A stretch of 64,000 nucleotides of DNA from Phoronis australis (taxonomy: Eukaryota; Animalia; Phoronida), in the NCBI GenBank assembly GCA_002633005.1, contig NMRA01000010.1, positions 1,398,982 through 1,462,981 of the forward strand, read 5' to 3'. This document shows, piece by piece, positions 39,990 to 52,120 of this stretch. Below the pieces are notes generated by a model, which saw nothing but the letters and a program-made list of their open reading frames with translations, was not told the origin of the DNA and ran no database searches. Every line of letters begins with the position of its first letter. Position 1 is the stretch's first letter. A program made the translations under genes and the position numbers.

Positions 39990-40580
39990 TCCAGTGTGAG
40001 TTTAGTTTCCTCTGGGTCGAGCCCCCAATGACAAAAAACTGCGTTGTGTATAAGTGGTCTTGCAAGGAGGGACGCGAAGGGGCACATGGATAATGGAGCG
40101 TTCCTAACTTCATAGTTGAACACACCCTCAACACTGGACACTTCGTTGACAAATGTAACACCAGAATTCTTGTCAGAGAAGAACACTGGTACTCAATGTA
40201 GATCAAGGAGGCCGTCTACATTAAAACTAGACACGTCAATTTGAACAGTTATCAAGGATTACTGCTTCCAGCGGTGTACGACCTACAGTAAAACCAGGCG
40301 TGCGTTCAGTAGATTCTAGGACCTACGCTAGGACCTCCGCTAGGACCTAGCTAAAACCTAGTCAAAGTCACGTGTTCTCATTTAAAATATACGGCAATAT
40401 CTCATGTAATCTCGCGAAGTATTGCTTTTTAGCTAGGTCCTAGCGTTACTGAACGGGAGGCTGGTCAACCTGACGCGGAAAATACAAATCAGTGAACAAA
40501 GCCCTTAGACATTGGGCAGAAACGTCACGCCCACCAGAATCTTAATGCATTTCAGTAAGTGATTTAACTATTGAACAAAA
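39990..40580 (+). mobile_element. Penelope-like GIY-YIG endonuclease relic + pLTR
   Basis: VVYKWSC...VEHTLNTGH...TRILVRE...IKEAVYIK....LNSYQGLLLPAVYD; degenerate hammerhead-like gtgaacaaagccc...gggcagaaacgtc at ~40492-40526. Confidence 0.7.
40293..40465. mobile_element. MITE nested in the Penelope relic
   Basis: Terminal inverted repeats accagg..cgttcagta...ctaggacctagctaaaa / ttttagctaggtcctagcgttactgaacg..ctggt; internal ctaggacct occurs three times. Confidence 0.7.
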
Positions 40581-41088
40581 GAAAACTTCACATCGGTATC
40601 GTAACGCCTATTGTTTCACACGATTTACGAATAAAGTAGGCCTTTAGTGTATAGAATGTGACTTCAGGCATCTTTGCAATTAAGCGTCTTTGAAAAATAC
40701 AGTGCTCTTCCATTCACCAAAACGCGAGCAATTTGAATACGTTTAGAGAAATCTCATATTTCGTTACAATTACATTTGCTGCAAATTATCGATTAGAAGT
40801 GAGAAAATATACCCGGAAATACCCGTCGAACATTCTAAAATGAACAAATTAAAATTAAATATGCAGTTTGTCTGGCAAATAACGTATATCTTTTTGGACA
40901 TGTGACATCTCCTGAAACGTGCCTGTTCAGCCAGCACAGAGAACACGCCCACACGACAAGATAACTTGCTGACGTCATTATCAGCCAATCAAATAGCAGC
41001 TGTGGCCTTTATCTGGACTATCACCGCTGTGAACTTCGATCTTGTTTAATCACAACATAAGACAGAAAAGTTATATTCCGAGAGCGCT

Positions 41089-43373
41089 ATGAAACATTTT
41101 TTCGCAAAATTTAGTTTGCTGATCCTGTTTGCCGCAGAATTACAACCAGCATCTTCCGCTGATGTCGTGCGAAGCCTTAAAGTGCTAAGAATGTTACAGA
41201 ATTCATTCGAGTCTTATGTCAAAGAACAGCTGGCGGGTGTCAAGGAGGAGGCCATTAAGTTAACCAAGACCACCAAGACTGATTGTTGCCAAACACAGAA
41301 CAGCAAATGCAAAGAAATTGGCGGTCTCATGAGCAGCCTTCCCACAGGTGACGTGTGTCCTCCGTCATATCGTTTCCGCAACGAAAACTCCTGTTACAAG
41401 ATGGTGACTGGAGCAACGTCGTGGTTTCAAGCCTTGAGTCAGTGTCACAAGGACCGGGCTTCTTTAGTTGAAATCGAGTCGTCACAGGAACAGAACTATG
41501 TCGAACAGATAATCAAAAGCTATCGTTTGGCGACAGTGTGGATGGGAGGACACGACCGTGGTCAAGAGGGGACATGGACGTGGGCTTCCACAGGAAGCAA
41601 GTTCTATTACAACGACTGGCGACCACGTAAGTTGTTTAAGAAGAGACTCTAAGAAGTTCATCGTATCTAACCACTTTTTGTCATTCATGCAACATGTGAG
41701 TAAATGCTCTTTCCCAAACAGTTAGCTCCAATGATAACTCTGGTTAAACCCGATTTATACGTATGTGTTTAGACCAACCTCAGAGCTCAGCAAAGTAATG
41801 ATTCAGCATTGTGATCACAAGGCGGCGCTAAATATGATTATCACCTTTTACCATGGACACATAACGTTCAGTGTTTTTTTATTTTTTAAGGAAAGAATCC
41901 AGCACTTATACTAATAAAGCAGCAACAGCGTGAAGCGTGAGAAAATATTAAGTTCAGCAGCTAGGACCGGTAGCGGGCGAAGGGGTGCTCAGACGCGGAG
42001 ACGCGTTCCGGTTTTTTTAGTCCACCGATAGATTTTCTGAACTCAGGGTCTGCATCCTCGGCTCCCGCCCCCACAAACCTAGGACGCGCACATACGATCG
42101 GGCTTTTCCCAATTTCCCAAGGACGTTGGGCCCCCGCTTACTGTATCCTAGATCCCCCACTGTCTTATGCCACTGTTCTATTTCAACAAATTGAGCAACG
42201 ATCTATACAGTGTACTTTCATTACCAAGAGTCACATTTCTGCAAATCTAATTTGATAAGCTGTTCCTTTGTTCCTTTTTCACCATGAACCTCTTACAACT
42301 CTTAATGGTCAAAAGATGTTTTGAGTATAAAAATTTCGGCCATAGGAAATAGACTTAACTTCACAAACGAACAAATATTTGCACATTACCAGTGACATCA
42401 ATGGAGTGCTCACACGAAAAACGAATGCTGACTTCGCTAAGTCCTTCCAAATGCAATAGTTTTGTTGTAAAAAATAAAGACTTCATTTCTATCATGTTGA
42501 AATCCTTACTTGTGACAGCCGAATGCTTTGTCGGAAAGACAATACCAAACATCTTACATGACTGTTTGATGGTTTACACTGGGTAGTTTTTTCGTGCCAC
42601 ACTCGAATTCCCGAACCTAAGCCCTCCGACCACATATTTCATAAGAGATTGGAGCCTTTTGGATTGTCTGGGCATTTTGAGGTTTATTGAAAGTGTGGCG
42701 ACTACGAATGGTATCGTTTTCTTCATCTAGTTTGAAAAAAATCAGTTAGTTGTCTCTTGACCTATTTCTCTTGAAACCTTGGCTATTCTTAAACACTGTA
42801 CCACTTCTTGTCGGCAAGGCTCGTTTTATAGCAAGACTGCCGGCCACAGTGTAGATTTGGTGTGGGCATAAAAAACAAAAAATGCACTTTGAATGAAAGT
42901 GTTTAGACAGTAGGTAAGTTTTAAGGAATGTCAGTATCTACATATGTTTCACATTGTGTGGTTTTGTAGTAGAAAAGCTCTTAAATTTACGAAATCGTTC
43001 ATTTTAAGATAAAGAGTAGTCACGTGACCCCAAAAGACTGGGCGCTATTCCCGTAAAAAGAATAATTTGTGCTCACCAATTGTGTTAACACTAGACTGTT
43101 TCGTGACTAAAAATGGTTCCGTTGAAGACTTACATGTGAGACGCCTGGCCGTAACAAATGCTGAGGTAGGTTTATCTGGGTCAACAATACTGTATGTCGC
43201 TAATAGTACATGTAATGACTATTTTTTGGCTCTTTGCAGAAGAGCCGTATAACAAAGATAACGTTGAACACTGTTTGGTCTACCAGAAAGACGGTTCATC
43301 ACCGGGCAGTTGGAATGATCTCCCGTGCTGGGAAAAGTATGCGTATATCTGCGAAAAGACAGCAAGGTTTTGA
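41089..43373 (+). CDS. Secreted C-type lectin, type B copy 2
   Basis: Exons 41089-41626 and 43240-43373. Paralog of the gene at 27885; exon 2 reads QEPYNKDNVEHCLVYQKDGSSPGSWNDLPCWEKYAYICEKTARF*. Confidence 0.92.
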
Positions 43374-45439
43374 TGGCGTTGATTTTGTCAGGTTTTGTTA
43401 GAAGCCTTTGAATATTCATTTTCTTTAGTGAAAATTGCGATATCTTGCACCAAAATAAAATCTGTTTGTTTCATGCGGAACTTTGTGCAGTTTGGCGTCT
43501 GTAGAGGTGTTACCGGCGAAAAACATGAGAAAGTAAAATGAATGGGGCGAATCAACAAGTGTAGTGTAATAGTAGCGTTCACTTGTGAGTTCACCGCTTG
43601 GGGCGCTAGTTTTTCGATGGATAACCATTGTGGCGAATGGCAAGATGGCGGAGTGAGCACTCCTGTTGTATCACATTCCTTGAGCGAATCTCCAGAGAAG
43701 GCATTTAGTGTGACAGTTATCGCACAAAGAAAATGTTCAATTAACAGTGCACACTAGGTTATCGGACAGAAGTGGCTAGTTGCAGTCGCACCTTTGTGCA
43801 GAACCATGGATCTTCAAATGGCGCTTTTCAATGGCTTGTGACGATTGCGTCCAGTCCGCAAAAGACATATTACAGTCAACATACAGCTGCAGAGGTCCTC
43901 ACCTGGAGGTCATTCAAGATTTTTGTAAGAAAACATATCCCCTATTACGCCTTAGTGTGAGAAAAAATCACCAAAATCGGAGTTGTGGAAGTTGCATTCC
44001 AAGATGGTGAACAAAGTGGCCACCCTAAACAGCATTTTCTTTCTTTTGACATGATACTCCTGTGCAACAACTGGAAATAAGTGTAATAATGTATACCACT
44101 GATTAAAAACTTAACCCACAAGTGGCACATCAACTAAGAAGACCGAATGCCTGAAATCTGAAATCAACAACACCAGCAAAATTTTGCGTATTTAAACGCA
44201 ATTTGGTACATTTACACACTGTCAGTTATTTTTGTTTTTTATAAGCGTTTCAGTAGGATGCGGAGTGAAAGGCATCGGACTTGACTGCCGATGGTTAAAA
44301 CACTATAGCCCGAGTTTAAGTTACACATGTAAATGCCTATTCAGGCAGTTTTAGACTCTCGTCCTTTGGTGCGAAGTTATGAAAGTTCTGTAAGTTATCT
44401 TCAAAGTTAAAACTTTAAATAAGTAAAAAATTAACAAAAACATTTTTAATACTACACACGACTGAGATTTGCACAGTGGTCAGTCGTCCTGGACACTTTA
44501 GCCAGAGAAAACCCAGGCCGGTTCAAATAAAACATTGCTACATGTATAACGCATGCGCAGCTAAAAAAATAGTAGGCTATGGAAATGGTTGACAACTCTT
44601 TCTGAAACCGAATAATGCGTCGATAATCTGAATATATACCGTGAGACCTAGGACTGTACATGTTGTATTCGGAATACGGAGGACAAATAAACTAATGTTC
44701 TAACCGAAAGGAATTTTACGTAGAAACGGTTGAAGCAGTGGTTAACATATCAGGATTTGTAGTACGGACAATAATCTCGGTTAACCGTCACTTATACTAC
44801 GAGTTTCTTGCGTAGCTTGTATCGTAACTTCCAAATATCCGCGGACTCATCAGGGTCGATTACCGAGTCCCTTTCTTGTGACAGAGTAATTGCCGCCGTT
44901 CGGCTCCAGATTTTCGCCTGGCAGCACCTGTCGATTTTTATAAGTTAGAGTACGCGCTTCATAACTGTACATAGGCGTAGTCAGGTGGACGGTGGCGGAA
45001 CAAAAGTGAATGTCCATGCTCCCCCTGGCGGACACCAGGTATGCCCACCCCTCGAGCACTGACTGCAAAGCAACCCAACTCATATTATTTTAGTCGCTTT
45101 CCTGGAGGAGAGTTGATGCTGCCTCCCAACTCCGTGAGTGTAATAGGGTTCTCAACTTCCCTACCCCCACCCAACGGCTACAATGTCCGAATACAATGCT
45201 AAGTGCGGTTTCCGGGCTGAATTTTATAGCATTATAATTTTGTGTATGTCTTAATAAATTGTTAACTTGTTTTGCTCGGAGAGACAATCACAATTTTCAA
45301 AAAGTCAAGCCCACTTTTGGGAAAACTAAAACGATATATAGATCAACTTTTGATGATGGGCATCAACAAGAGCAACTCGGAGCGTCGATATGTGCCCAAG
45401 AATACAACACAAATGGTGTGCCTCTGATGATGTTTTTAG

Positions 45440-46910
45440 TGTTATAAAAATGGTCATTACATGGCGCAGAATACGTCATACCCTTCCGACATTGCGTCGC
45501 CGTGGCTTTATTTCAAAACTGTTTGTCGATTTTCAGGAAAATATACCAAAGAACAGGCATAAAAGTTGCCATTAGAAATCACAGCGATTGTTGAATCCGT
45601 ACACCTGGTGTCAAAATAATAGGATTAGGCTTGAAAATTTGTGATATTGCTAGGGGTTTAGTAGATACAGCAGAAGAGGCGAAAATAATGTCGCTAAGAA
45701 GCATCACAGTTACGAAGGACCAATCTGAAGATAATCGCCAGTCGTAATCTTGTCAGTATTACGGGTAAAGAGGCAAATCATAGAAATGGTCACTAGGTGG
45801 CGCAAAATGTATTGAATCTGTCCGAAAATTGTTTGATATAGATGTTGCCCTAATAGAAATCTAATTGTCAAGTTTTAGAAAAATTCATGTCTGAATTTCA
45901 AAGTTGCAAAGTCAAACGTAAAAAATTAAAACTGCCGTTAGGGAGCACACTTGTAGTCGGATTGGTCTGAAATTCGTAGTCACCTGTTATCTGGAAAATA
46001 TCTGTCACATTTCGCAAAGATCCTTTAAATAGTTAAGGAAATACAACTGTGGACCCCAAAAAACACAAAAGCTGCCTCTAGGGGTCGTCACAGCAAGTAA
46101 CTAAACCCGCAGAGTACGTCAAATTTGTCAGAGGCGACCTTTCAATTTTCGTGCTAATCCTTTGAACGCTTGAACGGATTGGAAGGTGGGCGTCAAAAAA
46201 TTACCTCCAGGTGGAGCAGAATACGGCAAATCCGTGTGAAAATGGGAAGGCGTCATCATCTCTTAAACAGAAACATATATGCTAAATTTCATGAAAATCC
46301 AACAAAGCAAAAGTACAAAAAACTAAAAGTGCCACTAGGTGGCGCCCCTGTAATTGGATTGGTCTGAAATTCGTCGTCACTCGTTATCATCTCACTATGA
46401 AAATGCCTGTTAAATTTCACAAAGATCCTCCAAAGAGTTAAGGAGACACGGCCCTGGACGCAAAAACAATTGCACTAGCAGTAGCCACAAATATTGAATC
46501 CGTCCGAAAATGTGTGTCAGCCGCGGTCGTCTCATCAGGAACACATTTGGCAATTTTCAAAGGATTTTTAGGGCAGTTTGGTGAATAGGAAAGCGGGTGT
46601 CAAAAATGTTTTTTAAGTGCTACCTGACCGTGTAGCAGAGTACGTCAAATTTGTCCAAAAATGGAAAGGCGACACCGTCTCTTTAAAAGAAACCTATTTG
46701 CCAAAGTGGAAATCTATTGCAAAACTCCAAAGTTACAGAGGCAAACACAAAACATGCTACAAGGGTAGTGAGGGCAGAGCGGTGGTTCAATGGGGCCGAA
46801 ACCTGTAGTTGGTCAGGAGTCAGGTTCATGGGAACACATTTATCAAATCTCAATATGATTCTGCAAGGGGTTTAATAGATATAGCCGAGGGCGCCGAACG
46901 CCCAGAAATG
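45440..46910. repeat. Degenerate ~130-145 bp tandem array (probably internal repeats of a non-autonomous DNA/Helentron-like element) carrying CTCF-like motifs
   Basis: ccactaggtggcgc-like words at 45790, 45935, 46075, 46204 and 46332; shared attggtctgaaattcgt and gcagagtacgtcaaatttgtc blocks; terminal hairpin gggcg-ccgaa-cgccc near 46890. Confidence 0.65.
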
Positions 46911-47368
46911 ACGGCAATATGCACCAACATATAAATATGTGGGCACATAAAAAGGCTTGCACAAACTTGAAGCCTGACTTCCAGTGACCCTTGGCTCATT
47001 GCACTGGTTCTAACAGGTTTGCAACGGCAACAAATGTTGTCTATCAAGAGAAACTTTAATGTTGGTGCAGTTTATAAGCCAAACATTTAATTTTTTGAAC
47101 CAACAATATTTGATCACTTTTTCCTACTCCCGACTCCAAAAACAGTGATAAGGGAACTGCGGTGACTAACTGGTAGCCACTTATTCTTAGGGCCAGCACA
47201 TAAATCCGCCAACTCAAACCATCTTAGCTTCGCCTTAGTCTAAGGTTACCTTAACTTACACTGACAAGTCGTCGGTGGCCTCGATTTCACCTTAGCACCG
47301 CCTGATCTCTCAGTTACTTATAACAAGCATGTATTTATTGATGAATGTTTGAGGCACTGTTGTCGAGC

Positions 47369-47369
<1 letters not shown>

Positions 47370-47400
<31 letters not shown>

Positions 47401-47485
47401 GTTATTATTATTGTCACTAATGTTATTGTAGTTGTTATCATATTAAGTATATAAATCATTATCATTATCATAATTATTATTATTC
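47370..47485. repeat. (ATT)n-based microsatellite, degenerate
   Basis: Seen directly. Confidence 0.85.
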
Positions 47486-48101
47486 AATCAGACTTTTATG
47501 TTATTATACATACATGTCATTTCTTGAGTCAAATGCGTTACGATAACGCCGTTACCGTAAAACCTGGCAGTTGAGCGCGTGCCCCTAACTGTGAAGCTGC
47601 GTAGAACTGCGGCACATACGCAGATCCTGATGTTGATGTTATAAACAGACGGAAATCTAACGCGTTCTTTGACGTGGACACCAATTAGCATTGGCGTGTC
47701 TACTGGCATCCGTATTAGCATCACGTGGTAGGGAATTAGGTAAAGTAAATGAGCCACTTTTTGAAATTGCCCTCTGTGGACAAGCGACAATAAAGTGCGG
47801 ATTCCTCTTAACACAGCTAGTAAATGGTAAAAATGGCGTTGCGTTTTTTACGTGAATATTGCTGGACTGTAAGGACACAGGAACTTTTGATTATTCATAA
47901 AGTTAGCTCTTAATTCTCGGATCTTCACTTGTCACCCGATGCTGGCCAGAGTGAAGGTTGACAATCGAGTAGTAATGGTATCATGATGTTAAGAGAGCTA
48001 TATAAATCCTGCACGTCGACCGCTTTCTAAAAAACATTTTCTTTGAACTTGTCACTCCTAAATGTGAGAGAAAGTAAGCATGTTGAAATATTTTTTAAGA
48101 G

Positions 48102-49465
48102 TTTATTATCGTTTATAAAACAGTACAAAAACAAACAAAAAATAAGTACATCCATTCATTCACGCATGCTCACCTAAGGAGAGATCATTCTTGTTTAAAG
48201 TATATAACTTCTACATGTAGTTAACGTGAACAACGAAATTTTCCCATTTCGCAGAGAAGCTGTCATATACAAAGTATTTGTATGCAAGTAATTTTTCAGC
48301 ATTGTATTACTCATAAGTGTATGTAATAAACCTGTGAAAATCAGGTACATTTTTGTGACATCTCTCCTTGTAAATGTGCTGCTTGGCTATTAGAAGCAAA
48401 ATGTTAAAAAGAAAATCATGCGTTTCGTAAAGTCCAAGAATAACTCGATTGTAAGAGAGTCTGTTGGAAAGCTGACTGCAACACTTTTGCATTAGCTGTC
48501 CGAATTCCTTCCAGAAATCTTATACAATGCGACACCCCCAAAAAAGGTGTGACAGCGTCTCTGGAGTTTTATTACAAAAGGAACATAAATTAGAATCCCG
48601 AAAACGGATTTTAACTAAAATGGTATTTGTTGCAGTAATCCTGTGTAGTATTCTAAATTGGAACCATGTAATCTTGGGATCCTTTGTAATTTCATAAGGC
48701 AATGTGTATATTTTCTTCCAATCTAAACTATCTTCTAACTCTAATTCCCATTTACACTTTGACTTAGAAGGTTTCTTAACGTCAATAAAGACTGAACAAA
48801 TATGTCTACAAAACTTTCCGTAAGTGAGTGATTGCTAAAGGCACGCAAGGAGCGTAGACAAGAACACTTTTAAATTTACTTTGAAATAGACTTTTTGAAA
48901 CCTTAGAACGGAAACAACACCATTATATACTACAAAGTTGGTTTTTACATCGAACTTATTTTTCACATTATTCAAACTCACGAAATCACCGTCAGAGGTA
49001 CACTGTATACATATCTTTAATAAATTTTAAGCCTTTTACAAACCAAGGCTCATAAAAACACTTGTGCCTCCGATCGCCAAGTTACTATTAAACCACAAAG
49101 GTTGATTCAAAAGTCCTCCTTACTTGCAATAATTATTTTCTTGTAGAAAGATGTCATACTTCCAAATACTTTGCGCCAGTAAGAATTACCAATTAGAGCT
49201 AACTTCGACTTAACAAAGTCATCTCCAAATGAAGCAAAAAAGTCTTTAAGAACGGGTAGAGTGAGAACAGTAATTCACCACTTTTAGACGCAGGGCTTTC
49301 AAGATATCTACTGGCCTCTTCCTGGTACTGGCCATAGCGAGTTTTAAAGCTTTGCTGAAAGTATGCATATTAATCATTTGAAGTCCCCTTGATCAAGTCC
49401 TAAACAGGCCGTGGCTCGTTTAATTTTATCTTGACGAGTCTGCCACACAAATCTAAAAAAATGTT
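48102..49465 (-). mobile_element. 5'-truncated L1/Tx1-like LINE, same family as the peroxidase-intron insertion
   Basis: [25 protein letters not shown]...CSFCNKTPETLSHLFWGC; collinear with 5668-7073; contains stops and frameshifts. Confidence 0.85.
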
Positions 49466-51689
49466 GAAATATCAGGCAACTCCTACACCGAGCAAACATG
49501 AACCCTTGGCGTTCTTTCCGTAGACCAAGTTTTTGCGAGAAAAGCAAGAAGCCGAAAGACAAGCAAAGCACGTGATCAAACTCCTGCAGATTCCTTAGAG
49601 AGATTCTCGCCTCCACGGAACGCGCGCCTGAATTAAAATAAGTTCCATTTGCGTTTCCTCAGTGTTTAGCTGCCAAAAATCGAAAGATGAATTAATTCAT
49701 AACTTCATCAAGATGGTCTCGGTATGTTCATTTTGGATTTTTGCCAAAAATAACATCAAGGCTTCCAGCGACTCGAGAAAACGATTCAAAGTTTCTGATC
49801 GGGGATCTACGGCCCAAGGAGTATTAGGCGGGGGCAATGGTGCCATTATTGCCCCGAATTAGCTAAACAATTAAGGTAAATTATGGCAAAACCAGAAAAA
49901 AACTGCAACGCAACACCCANGGGTAAAATTAATGGCGACCGGGAGTGGCAATTGAGGAATTGGTCGTGCAAAGTTACATGTATGTCATGGGCTCCCTGAA
50001 GATACAAATCCAAATACCCACTCAGTTAGCCAAACCTCAGAAGTTCAAACCTGACCCAAGTACACGCACTGCATGTGAGTTGATTTGCGACCTCTTTCCG
50101 CCACGTGTCCGCAGAGAGGACAAGGAAGGTCCTCTGTTGGCATACAGAATGTTTCAAAAAGGCGTCGTGATCTATCATGAGTTTGTCCTTTAGAAATCGT
50201 GATCGCCCTCCTCGAAAGCTCAAATTTACCAATGGAGTCATCCCTTCTCCCATCAAAATTTTTCTTGAAATTAATTTCTCTCCCTTGGTCTGCGGTTGTC
50301 AATACCCACCCCCCCCCGGGTTACCTTGGTAACAGTCGGTGGAGCCTAGAGTCGGTCCTTCCCAAGCCCCGCGATACGGGGTGTCACCAAATAAGTGAGA
50401 TGCTACAAACTCAAATTTTGACGACGAAAGCTTGCAGAACACTGACCCTTTCGACTGGGGAAGGATGGCCCAAAGTAATGACGATAGGCCGATTGTGGAA
50501 CAAAGTCAATAGCATAAGTGAAAAAGGGTAGCAGTGCAACATGGTGACGACTGGGCGAACGGAGATGGGTCGCACTGTTGTCTTTTGCCCGGACAATGCT
50601 AATCCTAGCTACGTCACTGGTCATTGGGCGCGTGTACGCCGGTACCCGCGGCGGACAAGGAAAATCTACCGGACGTACCAGATTAGGCATCGGGCACTGC
50701 GACATTTTCTTATTAGTGTTTCCTTCGCTGACAACGGATAATGTGTGGGAATTGCAACATAATCCAACAAGTCGGACTTACGATAAACATCGGATTTTCG
50801 ACTTTCGTTTTACAAACTGAGAACAGGATATTGAACAATGATGGAATTTTCAATTTTCGGTCTGTAAGTTTACTGGGATATTGGAAAAGGTGGATTTTCA
50901 ACTTTCGCCGCACGTAGAAGAATGCACCGTATGATTCACAATGCATGATATTCAAACTGTCACATACGATATGTCGTTTATCCACTGTCGTAGAAATAAT
51001 GTCTTCAATTTTCAGTACAAGCTGCAAATTCAATATAATATTACGCACTGTTAGTACTGTCTCGTATTGAGGTATTTAAGCGTGTTGAAAAAAGTCAGAG
51101 AATTCCATAACGGACATTTCTCATTTTAATGTAAGAACATGGATAGAAAAGTTGATGGTGTAGATTTGTTACTTGCACCTGGATGACCCCAAATAAACTT
51201 TAAGTTACAATCAGGCGTCAACAACGCGGCCGTGTTTCCAAAAAATCGCATTGATTTGAAAAATCTGCCAAATGCTAACTTAAAAATATAGTATTATATT
51301 TCGCAAAACTGCATCGAATTACCGTTCTGCACAAACAAATGACAAAACAGTTAAAAAATCATTCTATAAACTTTTTATCCGTCTAATTCGCCATTGAGGC
51401 CGAGTACCGATCAATTTGCCTTTACATTAAGAATTATTTCTTACGTTAATTAGCAACACTGACGCATTCTTACGTTGGCTCAAAAAGAAAAAGACCCGAA
51501 ACTTGAGTTCTGAGATTCATAGTGATTACATTTCTGGTAGGCCTACCGAGCGGACACTTTACTAGTCCGGGTCCGCCCTAACGTAGTCACGTCTAATATT
51601 TAACTCCCACGAGAAGGCTGCTGAATTAGAGTTTATTAGTCGGCTAGCCGTCTGTTACAGCCAATTGTTGGCTTACAAAGTGAACGTAT

Positions 51690-52120
51690 GTTAGACCACA
51701 TTATAACAGCAAATGGTTACCCTTGGAAAGTTTGTAGATGCTTACCATAGCATATTCAGAAACTTGACATAACATGATACTAGACAACAATAATACCACC
51801 ATTTCTCTACCTTGTTTGGGTGGTGAAATTTCAAAGTTTAAACGTAAGCTCTCGAGCGTTTTGAGCCAAGTAACAACTGCTGTGGAACCTGTTGTTATTA
51901 ATACCAAAAGCCTCAGGTCTTTCCCAACGCCGACAATCAAGCGATCTAGTGTTGTGCCTCAGTTGTTTTGAGCTGTGTTAACGGTAACGCGTCATTTATT
52001 GCCATGACTTATCGGATTTTGAGACTTTTCTTGATGAACATTCTAAGGATAAAAACAATTGTGTTAGATTTTATCGACGTTATCAAGATCACGATGCTTG
52101 TCAATTAAAACATATACAAA
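51690..52120 (+). mobile_element. Old Penelope-like relic (RT thumb/GIY-YIG)
   Basis: ISLPCLGGEISKFKRKL...SSVV followed by degenerate NASFIAMTYRIL...EH, resembling the YIGxTxRxLxxRxxEH GIY-YIG segment. Confidence 0.5.

Noticed and set aside
36831-43373. A2-B2 as an assembly or haplotype duplicate of A1-B1
   Set aside because: The proteins and introns are far more diverged than the near-identical gap-flanking duplicates, and there is no gap at the junction.
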